Part shown: piece after piece, positions 17,576 through 27,401 of the stretch | Position numbering within the stretch: position 1 is the stretch's first letter | How the letters are laid out: every line of letters starts with the position of its first letter | Assembly (NCBI GenBank): GCA_001821555.1 | Contig: MHMM01000004.1 | Location: 47,525-111,524 of the forward strand | Reading direction: 5' to 3' | DNA length: 64,000 nucleotides | From: Candidatus Nealsonbacteria bacterium RIFOXYB1_FULL_40_15 | Lineage (GTDB): Bacteria; Patescibacteriota; Minisyncoccia; Minisyncoccales; GWA2-38-27 | The notes under the pieces: generated by a model | What the model saw: the letters and a program-made list of their open reading frames with translations, nothing else | What the model was told of the DNA's origin: nothing | The model's database searches: none | Made by a program: the position numbers and the translations under genes

Positions 17576-20500
17576 TTACCAGGGAGCAATTTCACGCCAG
17601 ATAGGAACAATGAACATTTGGGAAATAATGCTTGAAAAGTTATACCCTCCGCGGTTGGAAGATCTGACTCTATAATTTGCCTGATGCAAGGTTGGGTTCG
17701 TATCAGAACATTCCAAGGCCTGCTCGCAAACCAATTGCTGGCATTCTATTATACAGATAACTTCTGGACTGCTGAAATTAGGATCTTCGTCTTTGAAAAC
17801 CTCGTATGTCACAGGCCCCCCAGCCGGAGTAGTTGAAGATTCTGTCCATGAAAGATAGAAAAGAGCGTCGTTCACTTTTTCTCCCGAAAGAGAAAAGTTC
17901 CCGGGGGTCGCTATCGGAATGTTGATGGCTATGATATTGGATTCGGTCCTGCCATAAGGATTTTCTGCGACAATCTTATATTGATAAGTTTCTTCGTCTA
18001 AAAGAATCCTGTCTCCGCTAGAATCAATCCAAGATATGTTCCTGGGAATTTCAATTCCCGGAAGCTGGTCAACCTGGGAGAAGGGGCTTGAGGCTCTCCA
18101 TATCTCGTAGGTCTCCTCGTTTCCCGCGTCGGTCCAGTATATCCATACAAATCTGCCGTCTCCGGTTGATTTTACTCCCTCAAAATAAAGCTGCGGCGGA
18201 TTGGGAGGAACCGTAGAACAGTTCTGGGAATCTATCTGGCTGCTTTCGCTTGAAAAAACATACCCCATTGAACCGACTGCTTTTATTTTATAAACATAGG
18301 AGCTTCCCTCTACAATATTAAAGTCGGCATATTGTCCGGTAATGCTGGAAAATCCGGCATAAAGCTCGGAAAATTCTGTCTCCCCCGAAGTTAGATTTTT
18401 TCTCCAGATATCATAAAAAATAGTGTTTCCGGAAAGATCTTGGGGCCAGCTTATTTCTATTCTGGAACTATAACCATAGCAAACAGAAGCTACTGTTATA
18501 TTAAAGACCTGTCCGTCATAAGGAATATCCTGGCATAACTGAGAGGTTTCGGACACTGAATCAGAAAACGCATTCTCCCCTACGCCCACAGCTTCTATAA
18601 AATATTCATAATTAACTCCATTTTCAATATTGTAATCTTCGTAATAAGAAGATGCTGTGTCTGCTAAATGAAGAAAAGAAGTATCCCCCGCCCTTCTCCG
18701 GTAAATGCTCCAATAAGAAGTATTTGAGTCTGCCTGCCACGAAAGCATAAGAAAAGAACTTTCTTGCGCGCATCCTGAAGTAATTTGAAGATCTGGCTTT
18801 GCTGGCAGGCAAGAAAATCCTGTTATTAAAATTTCGTTTGAAAATCCGCTTTCAGCGTCAGCCCCAAATGCCTTAACCTTATAACCATAATTCCCGAGAT
18901 TAACTAGAGGCAGAATGCGGTTGGCAGAAAAAGCTGAATCTACCCATACAGATCCATTAATGGCCGCGTTATTTCCGTATCCGCTTTTATCGTAAGCAGC
19001 GCTGCCCGAACCTTCGTTAAGGTGAAGATCCACAGCCAATCCATAATCGTTTTCAGAAAACCCCGAATAAAGATTTTGCAATTCCTGATTGCTTAAAATC
19101 CGATTGTAAATACGGATTTCATCAAGCAGGCCCTGCCAGTATCCAGCATACTCATATCCTATGGTCAAAGGCCTTGAACTTGCTGAAGGATCTATTGTAT
19201 ATGAACAAGTGGTTGCCAAAACTCCATTTTTATAAATCTTAACTGTTTTATCAGATATATTTCTCACTGCCATGACATGAACCCAAGTATTATTTGAAAA
19301 TATATTAGAAGCGCTACAGCTCATATAGGGAGAAGTATTATTCTTTGCAGAACCATGGTAATAGGTTAATCTCCCGTTTGTTTCCATTGTAAAATTAAAT
19401 TCCCCGCCGTAGGCCTTGCCCAAAGGATTCTGCCTCCCTTTGGAAATATTTGCAGGATACGCCCAAAAAGAAACTGTCAAATTTCCTATTATTTGGAGAG
19501 AGCTTGCATTCGGAACCGAAAGATAATCATCAATTCCGTCAAATTGAAGGGAAAAGCTTCCCCTGTCGTAAAAAATGCTTCTTTCGGCCGAGTAAACAGA
19601 AACCGAGCTGTCAGGATTAGTCCTATAAATATTGTAAGAATGAGCGTTTTCGGGCTCTGTCCAAGAAAGTCCTGCGTAAGGTATATTATTCTGGCAAAAA
19701 AGTTCAGAACTTAAAACGGGAGAGGACGGAGCTAAACCGCAGCTATATGCAACCGTTGATTCTTCAGAAGAATCCAGCTGATTTCCATTCTGCCCAATTG
19801 TTTTTACAAAATAAGAGTGGCTGGAAAGGGGTAAAATTTCTGAATCGTTCCAAATTCTTGAAGAAAATTCCGGGTCTCCGATATCAACAGTTTTTACCAT
19901 AGCCGAATCCTTGTAAATCTCATATTTCAAAGTATTAAGCGGCGTGCTGTCTGTCCACCCTATCGTGTTTTTAGGAAAAACCGAATCACATCCCGCATAT
20001 ACATAAACTGCGGGGAGAGACGGAGAACAATATCCTGTCAAAAAAACAACCGGAACCGAAGGGCTGCTTGACCCTCCCGCCCCATAAGAAGAAACATAAT
20101 AAGTATAGCTTGAATTTACAATAACAGCGTTGTCCTGATAGGAAGAAAATTCTGTTGTTATAGGAAATGGACTGACGGAAGGACTTCTATAAAGAGTAAA
20201 ATAAAGAGTATTTTCCGGGACAGTCCAAGAAAGATCTATTCTCGGATAGGAATTCCCCGTTCCAGAACATACGAATGACCCTGTTAGAATAGAAGCGTCC
20301 GGAGCAACGCAAAGGGGTGTTTCAGCAGAAGCTAGTTGAGATTGCGACTCCCCGGCGGGCCCTATCGCTTTAATATGATAATTATATTCTGTTTGCTGGC
20401 TTAGGCCATTATCATTCCATATTCTTGAATAAAATTCAGGATCCTGCTGGTTTATTGTCTTAATAAGTCCCCTGACGCTGTCGTAAATCTCATATCTCTC

Positions 20501-23500
20501 TGTATTCATGGTATAAGACCAGGTAATTTCTGCTGAAGGAGTCCCGTCTTGGCAAAACGGCTCCGCATACAGGCCAGGAGAAGCCGGGGGGCAAATGGGA
20601 GCTTGGCTATTTACCATATTGGATAGTAAATTTCCTCCGTTATTTATAGCATTAACCTGCCAAGAATAATTTATTCCCGATTGTATTCCGTTATTTATCC
20701 AAATAGGATCATAAGCTTCAACAGAAAGGGAGGAACCCAAATAACCGTCATTTCCTCCGTTTGAACTGTCTGAAACCGATTGGCCAGATCCCTCATCAAA
20801 CCGCCAAAAACCCACAAGACCCGATTCGTTGTTATAAGTTCTTTGGTAATGCTCTGAAATCTCCAAAGCGCTTAATGCCCTATTATATATTCTCGGTTCG
20901 TCCATCGCTCCTTCAAATCTTTCGTTATAGTTGGTGGTAGCATACCTGCTTCCTATTCTCAAAGGAGATGTCCCTGAAGATATGTTTCCGACATAAGAAC
21001 GAGAACACCCCTGAACTCCGTTCACATAAATCCTTAAATAACTTCCGTCGTAAGTCATTGCTATATGATTCCATTTGTTCAGTTCGGCCAAATTAGTCGT
21101 AGTGCAAGATCTCAGTCCTCCGCTGTAAATATATCCTTGGACTTTTCCGGTATTATTCTCAAATCTCAAAATATACTGATCCGGATTTCTCTTGCTAAGA
21201 ATATTCCCATAATAGTAGAATTCTGTCGGGTATATCCACGCTTCCAGCGTTATTCTCTGGGGATTAAGACTGTCATCATTCGGAATATCCACATAATCGT
21301 AGTATCCGTCAAACTGCAAGGATCTTCCGTAACTTTCTTCAGTAAAAGGAGAAACGACTTGATTTTTAATAATTAGGTTGTTTCTTAAAATATTATAAGA
21401 AATAGCTCCTGCGCTCTGCGTCCAAGAAAGATCGGCATAAGGATAAGGACCCTGGCAGTAAAGCGCTGGCTCCGACAAAGAATAGCTACCCGGAAGAACA
21501 CAGTTATATGAAGCAATCTGATTGTATCCCGATGAAGATCTTTGGCTTCCAAAATATCCCACAGCATCTACTTTATATCTGTATGTTTGAGAGGGATTTA
21601 TTGTCTGGTCCTGCCAATTTTTTATTGCAGGATCAGTTATAGTATGAATAGGTATGGTCAAGCTGTAATCCTCCCTGAATATCTCATATTTTAAAGTATA
21701 GTTGCCGTCAGTTATCCAAGAAAGATTTACCGCCGGATTTTGGTTTATGCAAGCAGAAGACAAAGAAAGAATAGGAAGCGTAGGGAGGCAAGATAATGTT
21801 GATATGCTTTGCGGATCGGAATTTCCCGGAACAGTTCCTGAAGGGCCCCTTGAAATCACTTTGTAGTAATATAGGGTTGAGGTGGAAACATTTGAGTCTC
21901 TCCATTCTCTGCTGGAGAATTCAGGAGACCCCTGCTGAAAAGCGGCCAGCAAAGCCATATTTTCAGACGAACTGCCTCTGTGTATTTCATAAGACAAAGT
22001 ATTTGAACTTTCTGACCAGGAAAGATCAACATAAGACAGACCGCTCGCGCAACCCTGCGATAAAGTTAAAACTGAATCGGAGGGATCGTCACAATCTGCA
22101 GCCACAATAGTACGCGCGTTATCAGAAAAAACACTTGCGCCTCCAGAACCATAAGCAATAACATAATAAGTATATTCGTATCCATTCTGAACAGAGCTGT
22201 CTATATAAGAAGTTTCTAGAAGATTGGACAATGCAGACCCGTTCCTAAAAATACTGTAGTAGGTTACATTATCAGAAAAACTCCATTCGTTTCTTATATT
22301 TGACATTCCGTTTACACAATAAGTTTCCGGTTCCTCTAAAAATGGGGGCGGAGAAGGAGGGGCTATGGTCGCGCAATCAATACTTTCCGAAGTTTGATTT
22401 GAAAATAAGTTTGAGAAGTTGCTTCCGACAGCTTCCACCTGATATGAATATAAACAGGCCTGGCCGGGACAAAGATCCAGATCCATATAGTCTGTATAAG
22501 ACTCAGAGCTTGCTTGATATATAAATTGGCTGTTCCTATAAATATTATAATTGCTGGCTCCCTGTGTTTTTGTCCAAGAAAGCCTAAAGCTGAATTCATC
22601 GCAATTATTTTGAATGGACAAAAAGGGTTGGCATCTTGGAATTAAAAGGTCGCTTGGACTTGAATTTTCTGCAGCTCCCGCCCAAACAGCTCTCACAAAA
22701 TAAGATGCTTGAGATCCTTCCTGCCAATAATTTTCCAAACTCAAAGACAGGTTATCCGTATAGGAGTTAAGAGAAGTGGATCCCAAAAGAATATATTCTG
22801 AAGCCGAAGGATTTTTTCGGTAAATTTGATACTGCTGGACTCCAAAAAGACTGGTCCATGCAAGAGACACAGAAGGTCCTCCCGGAGACGCCGAAAGACA
22901 GCTTGAAGATACGTTTAAAATAGGAGCGCAAGCTGGCGCAGGAGCAGATTCTTGGTTTGAAGAAGCTAATCCTTGGTCCCAAATAGCTTTTATCTGATAC
23001 GAGTATGTCAAAGCCGCTTCCAGATTAGGTCCGTCCGAAAAAGAAGTTTCCTCTACTTCGGTTATTTTCTGGCCGTTCTTATAGATATCATATCTCAATA
23101 CATCTCCTTCAGCTTGGTTCCAGCTCAAAGAAATTTCAGGACCCGAATCCTGGCAGGAAGAAGAAATCTCTAAAGCCGGAGCGCAAAAAATAGGAGATAC
23201 GCTTTTCTCTTCAGAATAGATCTCTCCCGATCTAATTTGATAAGTATAACTTTCTCCGCTTTCAGCCGAAACATCTGTATAGGATAAATTAGGAGTTGCC
23301 TCTAATTCAACAAACACTAGAGAATCTTGGGATTTTCTAAAAATAGAGAAAGAATTCCCTTGGGGCAAATCAGAAGTCCAGGAAAGGATTGCTTGAGCCG
23401 AAGAACCAAAACATTCTGGCTGTGCAGTATCAAAATTTATTGTCTCTGCTGAAAATACGAAGAAGGGCCAGAGAAAAAAAAGAATAAAGGTTATAAGAAT

Positions 23501-23515
23501 GCTTTTGTTTTTCAC
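17576..23515 (-). CDS. Large secreted surface protein with Cys-bracketed FN3-like repeats and two LamG-like domains
   Basis: Signal peptide; repeated L.W...Y.IYR...Y.D...Y.Y.V.A units; two SLQFDG...DE.RIYNR domains. Confidence 0.9.
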   Translation of the reverse strand: MKNKSILITFILFFLWPFFVFSAETINFDTAQPECFGSSAQAILSWTSDLPQGNSFSIFRKSQDSLVFVELEATPNLSYTDVSAESGESYTYQIRSGEIYSEEKSVSPIFCAPALEISSSCQDSGPEISLSWNQAEGDVLRYDIYKNGQKITEVEETSFSDGPNLEAALTYSYQIKAIWDQGLASSNQESAPAPACAPILNVSSSCLSASPGGPSVSLAWTSLFGVQQYQIYRKNPSASEYILLGSTSLNSYTDNLSLSLENYWQEGSQASYFVRAVWAGAAENSSPSDLLIPRCQPFLSIQNNCDEFSFRLSWTKTQGASNYNIYRNSQFIYQASSESYTDYMDLDLCPGQACLYSYQVEAVGSNFSNLFSNQTSESIDCATIAPPSPPPFLEEPETYCVNGMSNIRNEWSFSDNVTYYSIFRNGSALSNLLETSYIDSSVQNGYEYTYYVIAYGSGGASVFSDNARTIVAADCDDPSDSVLTLSQGCASGLSYVDLSWSESSNTLSYEIHRGSSSENMALLAAFQQGSPEFSSREWRDSNVSTSTLYYYKVISRGPSGTVPGNSDPQSISTLSCLPTLPILSLSSACINQNPAVNLSWITDGNYTLKYEIFREDYSLTIPIHTITDPAIKNWQDQTINPSQTYRYKVDAVGYFGSQRSSSGYNQIASYNCVLPGSYSLSEPALYCQGPYPYADLSWTQSAGAISYNILRNNLIIKNQVVSPFTEESYGRSLQFDGYYDYVDIPNDDSLNPQRITLEAWIYPTEFYYYGNILSKRNPDQYILRFENNTGKVQGYIYSGGLRSCTTTNLAELNKWNHIAMTYDGSYLRIYVNGVQGCSRSYVGNISSGTSPLRIGSRYATTNYNERFEGAMDEPRIYNRALSALEISEHYQRTYNNESGLVGFWRFDEGSGQSVSDSSNGGNDGYLGSSLSVEAYDPIWINNGIQSGINYSWQVNAINNGGNLLSNMVNSQAPICPPASPGLYAEPFCQDGTPSAEITWSYTMNTERYEIYDSVRGLIKTINQQDPEFYSRIWNDNGLSQQTEYNYHIKAIGPAGESQSQLASAETPLCVAPDASILTGSFVCSGTGNSYPRIDLSWTVPENTLYFTLYRSPSVSPFPITTEFSSYQDNAVIVNSSYTYYVSSYGAGGSSSPSVPVVFLTGYCSPSLPAVYVYAGCDSVFPKNTIGWTDSTPLNTLKYEIYKDSAMVKTVDIGDPEFSSRIWNDSEILPLSSHSYFVKTIGQNGNQLDSSEESTVAYSCGLAPSSPVLSSELFCQNNIPYAGLSWTEPENAHSYNIYRTNPDSSVSVYSAERSIFYDRGSFSLQFDGIDDYLSVPNASSLQIIGNLTVSFWAYPANISKGRQNPLGKAYGGEFNFTMETNGRLTYYHGSAKNNTSPYMSCSASNIFSNNTWVHVMAVRNISDKTVKIYKNGVLATTCSYTIDPSASSRPLTIGYEYAGYWQGLLDEIRIYNRILSNQELQNLYSGFSENDYGLAVDLHLNEGSGSAAYDKSGYGNNAAINGSVWVDSAFSANRILPLVNLGNYGYKVKAFGADAESGFSNEILITGFSCLPAKPDLQITSGCAQESSFLMLSWQADSNTSYWSIYRRRAGDTSFLHLADTASSYYEDYNIENGVNYEYFIEAVGVGENAFSDSVSETSQLCQDIPYDGQVFNITVASVCYGYSSRIEISWPQDLSGNTIFYDIWRKNLTSGETEFSELYAGFSSITGQYADFNIVEGSSYVYKIKAVGSMGYVFSSESSQIDSQNCSTVPPNPPQLYFEGVKSTGDGRFVWIYWTDAGNEETYEIWRASSPFSQVDQLPGIEIPRNISWIDSSGDRILLDEETYQYKIVAENPYGRTESNIIAINIPIATPGNFSLSGEKVNDALFYLSWTESSTTPAGGPVTYEVFKDEDPNFSSPEVICIIECQQLVCEQALECSDTNPTLHQANYRVRSSNRGGYNFSSIISQMFIVPIWREIAPW

Positions 23516-24042
23516 AAGCTTGAAGGCATAATTCTTATTCTTACGGCTTCAAATTCCGCATCTTGGGATATATCTCTGTTTGATACTATTTCAACCGAAT
23601 CCCCCACTTTAAGATCAGTAAAACTTATAGAGGTTTCTTGGATTACCTTCTTGTTCTCTTCTCCCGTATTCTTTAGAGAGAGCATAGTAAACTTTGTTGC
23701 AGAATTCACCAATGCTTTTCTTTGTTCTGACTTTTGAAGAGGTTCTCCTTCGTCTCCCAAATAAGGTATGCGGGCCTTAAATACAATCGCGTTCTGTCCT
23801 ATCTTTTCTATGACTCCTGTAAGATTGTACAGCACTTTAGGAAGGGTGACTTTCGGTTTAACAGAAACTACTTCAGAGCCCAGCCGGGATTCTATCTCTG
23901 ATATTTTCTTTGAGAGATTGTAGTTATAGGAAAGAATCACGGCGAAAAGCGCGATAAAAACAATTACCGACAAAATAATTATAAAAAGCTTCAAGTGCTT
24001 TTTCTTAACGAAGAAAACTTTTCCATGTATTTGATAGAACAT
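23512..24042 (-). CDS. Hypothetical membrane-anchored protein
   Basis: TM helix, then DLKVGDSVEI beta domain; 4-bp overlap with the large gene. Confidence 0.75.
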   Translation of the reverse strand: MFYQIHGKVFFVKKKHLKLFIIILSVIVFIALFAVILSYNYNLSKKISEIESRLGSEVVSVKPKVTLPKVLYNLTGVIEKIGQNAIVFKARIPYLGDEGEPLQKSEQRKALVNSATKFTMLSLKNTGEENKKVIQETSISFTDLKVGDSVEIVSNRDISQDAEFEAVRIRIMPSSL

Positions 24043-24122
24043 TTTTTTATTTTACTTTATATTCTATTCATTCTAAACAAAAACAGGGAAATGTTAAGGA
24101 AGTTATCCACAGATCTAATTTG

Positions 24123-24194
24123 TGGGCAGTACAGGATTTGAACCTGTGACCCCTGCAATGTGAATGCAATGCTCTGCCGCTGAGCTAACTGCCC
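24123..24194 (-). tRNA. tRNA-Val(CAC)
   Basis: Cloverleaf; anticodon loop TTCACAT; CCA not encoded. Confidence 0.95.
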
Positions 24195-24252
24195 CTTTTC
24201 CACTTCATTTGTCTCTCTCTATCTGCTATCATATTATAATAAAAGCATCAAA

Positions 24253-25992
24253 ATGCAAATTTTTGAATTTCATTTCAATCCGAAAAATAAGAGCTTTGAA
24301 ACATATATTTTTGAACCGGAAAATGCTTTGGAAAGAAAGCTCGGAGGCCTATATATGGCCGGGGAAATCAAGAACGGACTGCCCAAAAAAAGCATTGAGC
24401 TTCTTAACGGACTAGCAAAGACTGTCAAAAAGAGCTATTACTCGGGAAAAACACCGGATAAGGCCCTCTCTTTTGCATTAAAATCTGCCAACGAGCATCT
24501 GGGAAAAGAAATAAAAGAAGAAAACGTCAACTGGCTTGGAAACCTGAACTTCGCCGCCTGCTCCTTAAAAGATTCCGATCTTTCTTTCACTCTTGCAGGA
24601 GATATAAAAATAATACTGATAAGACAGGGAGAGATAATAAATATAGGAAAGAACCTTAATCTTGAAGGAATGAATCCTTATCCCTTAAAAATCTTTCTTA
24701 ATGTAGCTTCGGGCAAAACGGCCCAGAACGACATTTTAATTATATCCACCAAAGACCTGCTTGAATTTATAAAAGAAAATGGAGTCCTTTCAAGTATCGC
24801 TAAGTCGGGAAGCATCAGCGAAAAGAAAATAAAAGAGCTCCTTCCGCACTCCTTATTTTCCAAGGGCCAAGGATCAAAGATATCCGGAGCTTGCCTAATA
24901 TTTATTTTCGGAGAAGAAAAAAAGAACGCTTTCAGAGATTTTTTTCAGAAAGAATCGCTGAAGATTCCCAAAATAAGTAACCCTTTTGTTTCTCTGAAAA
25001 ATCCCGCCATAGAGAAGCTTAAGCCCAGAAAAAAGTTTAATAAAGCAGGGCTGATAGTATTATTAATCGTTCTTTTGGCATCGGGGTTCTTTCTTTTTAA
25101 AAATGTCCCTGCGAGGCAAGATAAAACTTATGAAACCTTAGAACAAAAGTTCAGAGAGGCCGAGGGATATCTAGTGATAAAAGAGCCCGAAAAAGCCAAT
25201 GCATTGCTTAAGGAAATTTTAAGAGAAATTTCAGACGTTGATATTCCAATAAGAGAAAAGGTAAAAAAACATCTTGAAACATTAAATCCTTTAGAAGAAG
25301 CTGATTTAAAATTAGAGCTAAAGTTAGAAGAATCAGGCCTTGGGCTTGATAGAATATTCTGTTCAGAAAGCATATATTTTTATAAGAAGGGCTCTGATAT
25401 AATAATCAGGGATGGAAAAGAAAAAATTGAACTATTAAAATCGGTTTCCGGAATGAGCGATGGTTTTGTTTTTTCGGGTCCTGAAACTCTTGTCTATCCT
25501 GACCAAGGATTATGGAAGGAAAGAAAATTAGAAAATATGGAAAACGGGCTTTTCTTCTCCTATTTTTCCAACCTTTATTTTATTGATAAATGCAAAATCA
25601 AAAAATACTCCTACCTGGGAAATTTAGAATGGTCTAGTCCTCAAGATTGGCTGAATAAAAATCTTGAGTCGTGCTCTGCCAAATCATTTGCGGTAGATGG
25701 ATCCATATGGATCCTGAATGAAGACAATACAATAGACAAATATTACGCAGGAGCGTTTCAGCAGAAGATATACCTTGATATCTATCCTTTTATAAACCAA
25801 ATATCTAAAATAGAAACAAATTCTTCTCTCCCCTATCTTTTGATTTCAGACAAAGAAAGGATTATCTTTGTTGAAAAATCTTCGGGGCGGATCTCAAAAC
25901 AGGTTTCAATGCCGAGTTTGGTTGATTTCTCTATTTCTGGAAATACTCTATATATTTTCAACGGATCTGAAGTCTTTTCTACGGATATTTAA
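24253..25992 (+). CDS. Bitopic membrane protein: PP2C-like N-terminal domain, TM helix, C-terminal beta-propeller-like domain
   Basis: Degenerate PP2C-like pattern (GD..IILIR.G...D.LIIST), central TM, SFAVDGSIWIL repeat-like motif. Confidence 0.7.
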   Translation: MQIFEFHFNPKNKSFETYIFEPENALERKLGGLYMAGEIKNGLPKKSIELLNGLAKTVKKSYYSGKTPDKALSFALKSANEHLGKEIKEENVNWLGNLNFAACSLKDSDLSFTLAGDIKIILIRQGEIINIGKNLNLEGMNPYPLKIFLNVASGKTAQNDILIISTKDLLEFIKENGVLSSIAKSGSISEKKIKELLPHSLFSKGQGSKISGACLIFIFGEEKKNAFRDFFQKESLKIPKISNPFVSLKNPAIEKLKPRKKFNKAGLIVLLIVLLASGFFLFKNVPARQDKTYETLEQKFREAEGYLVIKEPEKANALLKEILREISDVDIPIREKVKKHLETLNPLEEADLKLELKLEESGLGLDRIFCSESIYFYKKGSDIIIRDGKEKIELLKSVSGMSDGFVFSGPETLVYPDQGLWKERKLENMENGLFFSYFSNLYFIDKCKIKKYSYLGNLEWSSPQDWLNKNLESCSAKSFAVDGSIWILNEDNTIDKYYAGAFQQKIYLDIYPFINQISKIETNSSLPYLLISDKERIIFVEKSSGRISKQVSMPSLVDFSISGNTLYIFNGSEVFSTDI

Positions 25993-26246
25993 TATCCTTT
26001 GGCGTTTTTTACCATCGCAATATAGATCAAGAGCATAGAAAAGAAAAAAACAGGGAGAATTATTTTTGAATAGTGGCACTGGCCTAAGAATGCATACATT
26101 GATATCAAAGAAAAAACCAGCACAGCCCACCAGGCCTTATTCGTTTCAATAAATCCTTTTTTAACGGAATAAAAAAATATCAAAAGCAGAATTCCTGAAA
26201 AAAACAGGAGGAATGAACACATATATAGGGCAATTATATCAAACAA
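25989..26246 (-). CDS. Small hypothetical membrane protein
   Basis: 85 aa with three hydrophobic segments. Confidence 0.5.
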   Translation of the reverse strand: MFDIIALYMCSFLLFFSGILLLIFFYSVKKGFIETNKAWWAVLVFSLISMYAFLGQCHYSKIILPVFFFSMLLIYIAMVKNAKGY

Positions 26247-26271
26247 AAAACCCCTTGCAAGGGGCTTTTGT

Positions 26272-26685
26272 TTATTTCAGCTCTACAGATGCTCCGGCAG
26301 CTTCAAATTTCTTCTTTAATTCTTCCGCTTCTTCTTTTTTTGCTCCCTCTTTTACTGTTTGAGGGGCAGATGAAGCGGCATCAACCATGTCTTTTGCTTC
26401 TTTTAATCCTTTTCCGGTTATATCCCTCACTACCTTTATAACCTCTATCTTTTTGTCTCCTACTCCCTTTAAGACAATGTTAAATTCCGATTTCTCTTCC
26501 GTTGCCTCGCCGGAACTTCCAGCGGAGGCGGGAGCTGCCATAGCGACAGGCGCAGCTGCTGAAACTCCGAACTTTTTCTCAAGAACTTTCACAAGTTCTG
26601 AAAGATCAAGAACAGACATCTTCTCTATCTCTTCTACTAAGCTTTTGAATTTTGCGGGAACTTCCACTTTTTCTTCTTCTGCCAT
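26272..26685 (-). CDS. rplL: 50S ribosomal protein L7/L12
   Basis: FGVSAAAP...KIEVIKVVR...LKEAK...GASVELK. Confidence 0.98.
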   Translation of the reverse strand: MAEEEKVEVPAKFKSLVEEIEKMSVLDLSELVKVLEKKFGVSAAAPVAMAAPASAGSSGEATEEKSEFNIVLKGVGDKKIEVIKVVRDITGKGLKEAKDMVDAASSAPQTVKEGAKKEEAEELKKKFEAAGASVELK

Positions 26686-26687
26686 AT

Positions 26688-27200
26688 TTATTTCTTAATT
26701 GCGCTTAATGCGTAAACTAAGTTTCTTAAATTTCCGTGTAAGCAGCTCACAAGCCCTGAAACAGGGCTTGAAAGGCTTCCTGCGACCTTTGCCAAGAGCT
26801 CTGCTCTTGAAGGAATTTTTGCTAAATTCACTACGTCATCAGCTGTTATTATATTATTCTCAAAAAATCCGGCTAGGATTTTCAAATTCTCTTTTTCTTT
26901 GGATGTTTCATAGCTAACCTTTGAGGGAGAAAACTCATCCTCAAATCCCAATACTAACGCAACCTGTCCCTCAAGCTCCCTGGGATTGTATTCAATTCCC
27001 TTTTTCTTGAAAGCAAGCCCCAGAAGGGTTTTTTTGGCCACCGAAAGCTTGCATCCTTTTTCCTTAAGCTTCTTTCTAAAAGCGCTCAAGTCCTGATATT
27101 TCATTCCTTTGTAATCTACAAAAACCATTGATTTCTGCTTATCAAGGCTTTCGCTAAGAACTTTCAATATGCTTTTCTTCTGATCTTTTGTTTGGGGCAT
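26688..27200 (-). CDS. rplJ: 50S ribosomal protein L10
   Basis: VDYKGM...VAKKTL...LAKIPSR; directly upstream of rplL. Confidence 0.96.
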   Translation of the reverse strand: MPQTKDQKKSILKVLSESLDKQKSMVFVDYKGMKYQDLSAFRKKLKEKGCKLSVAKKTLLGLAFKKKGIEYNPRELEGQVALVLGFEDEFSPSKVSYETSKEKENLKILAGFFENNIITADDVVNLAKIPSRAELLAKVAGSLSSPVSGLVSCLHGNLRNLVYALSAIKK

Positions 27201-27243
27201 AAAAAAATCTGTGTTTCCACAGACAAAACGAGTTTTAACTTGG

Positions 27244-27268
27244 CTCGCCGTAGCTTTAGCGAAGGCGG
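27244..27268. repeat. REP-like palindrome (CCGCCTTCGC...GCTACGGCGAG family)
   Basis: Ends shared with the elements at 27293-27328 and 31457-31522. Confidence 0.65.
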
Positions 27269-27269
27269 C

Positions 27270-27348
27270 TCCTCGGCAGGATATTTAATTATCCGCCTTC
27301 GCCCCAATTATATCGGGACTATGGCGAGACAAGCCTGCTGTCTATGGA
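27270..27348 (-). promoter_or_regulatory. L10 leader (rplJ autoregulatory RNA)
   Basis: CCATAGACAGCAGG...TTAA...CCTGCCGAGG conserved core upstream of rplJ. Confidence 0.75.
27293..27328. repeat. REP-like palindrome inside the L10 leader
   Basis: CCGCCTTCGC-CCCAATTATATCGGG-ACTATGGCGAG. Confidence 0.6.
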
Positions 27349-27401
27349 TTCTTTATTATGTTCTTATATTACTTATTCAAAAACTTCTGTCAATACCCTC
27401 T

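Noticed and set aside
24103-24111. Perfect DnaA box TTATCCACA as oriC
   Set aside because: It is a single box with no cluster, no evident unwinding element and no dnaA/dnaN context.
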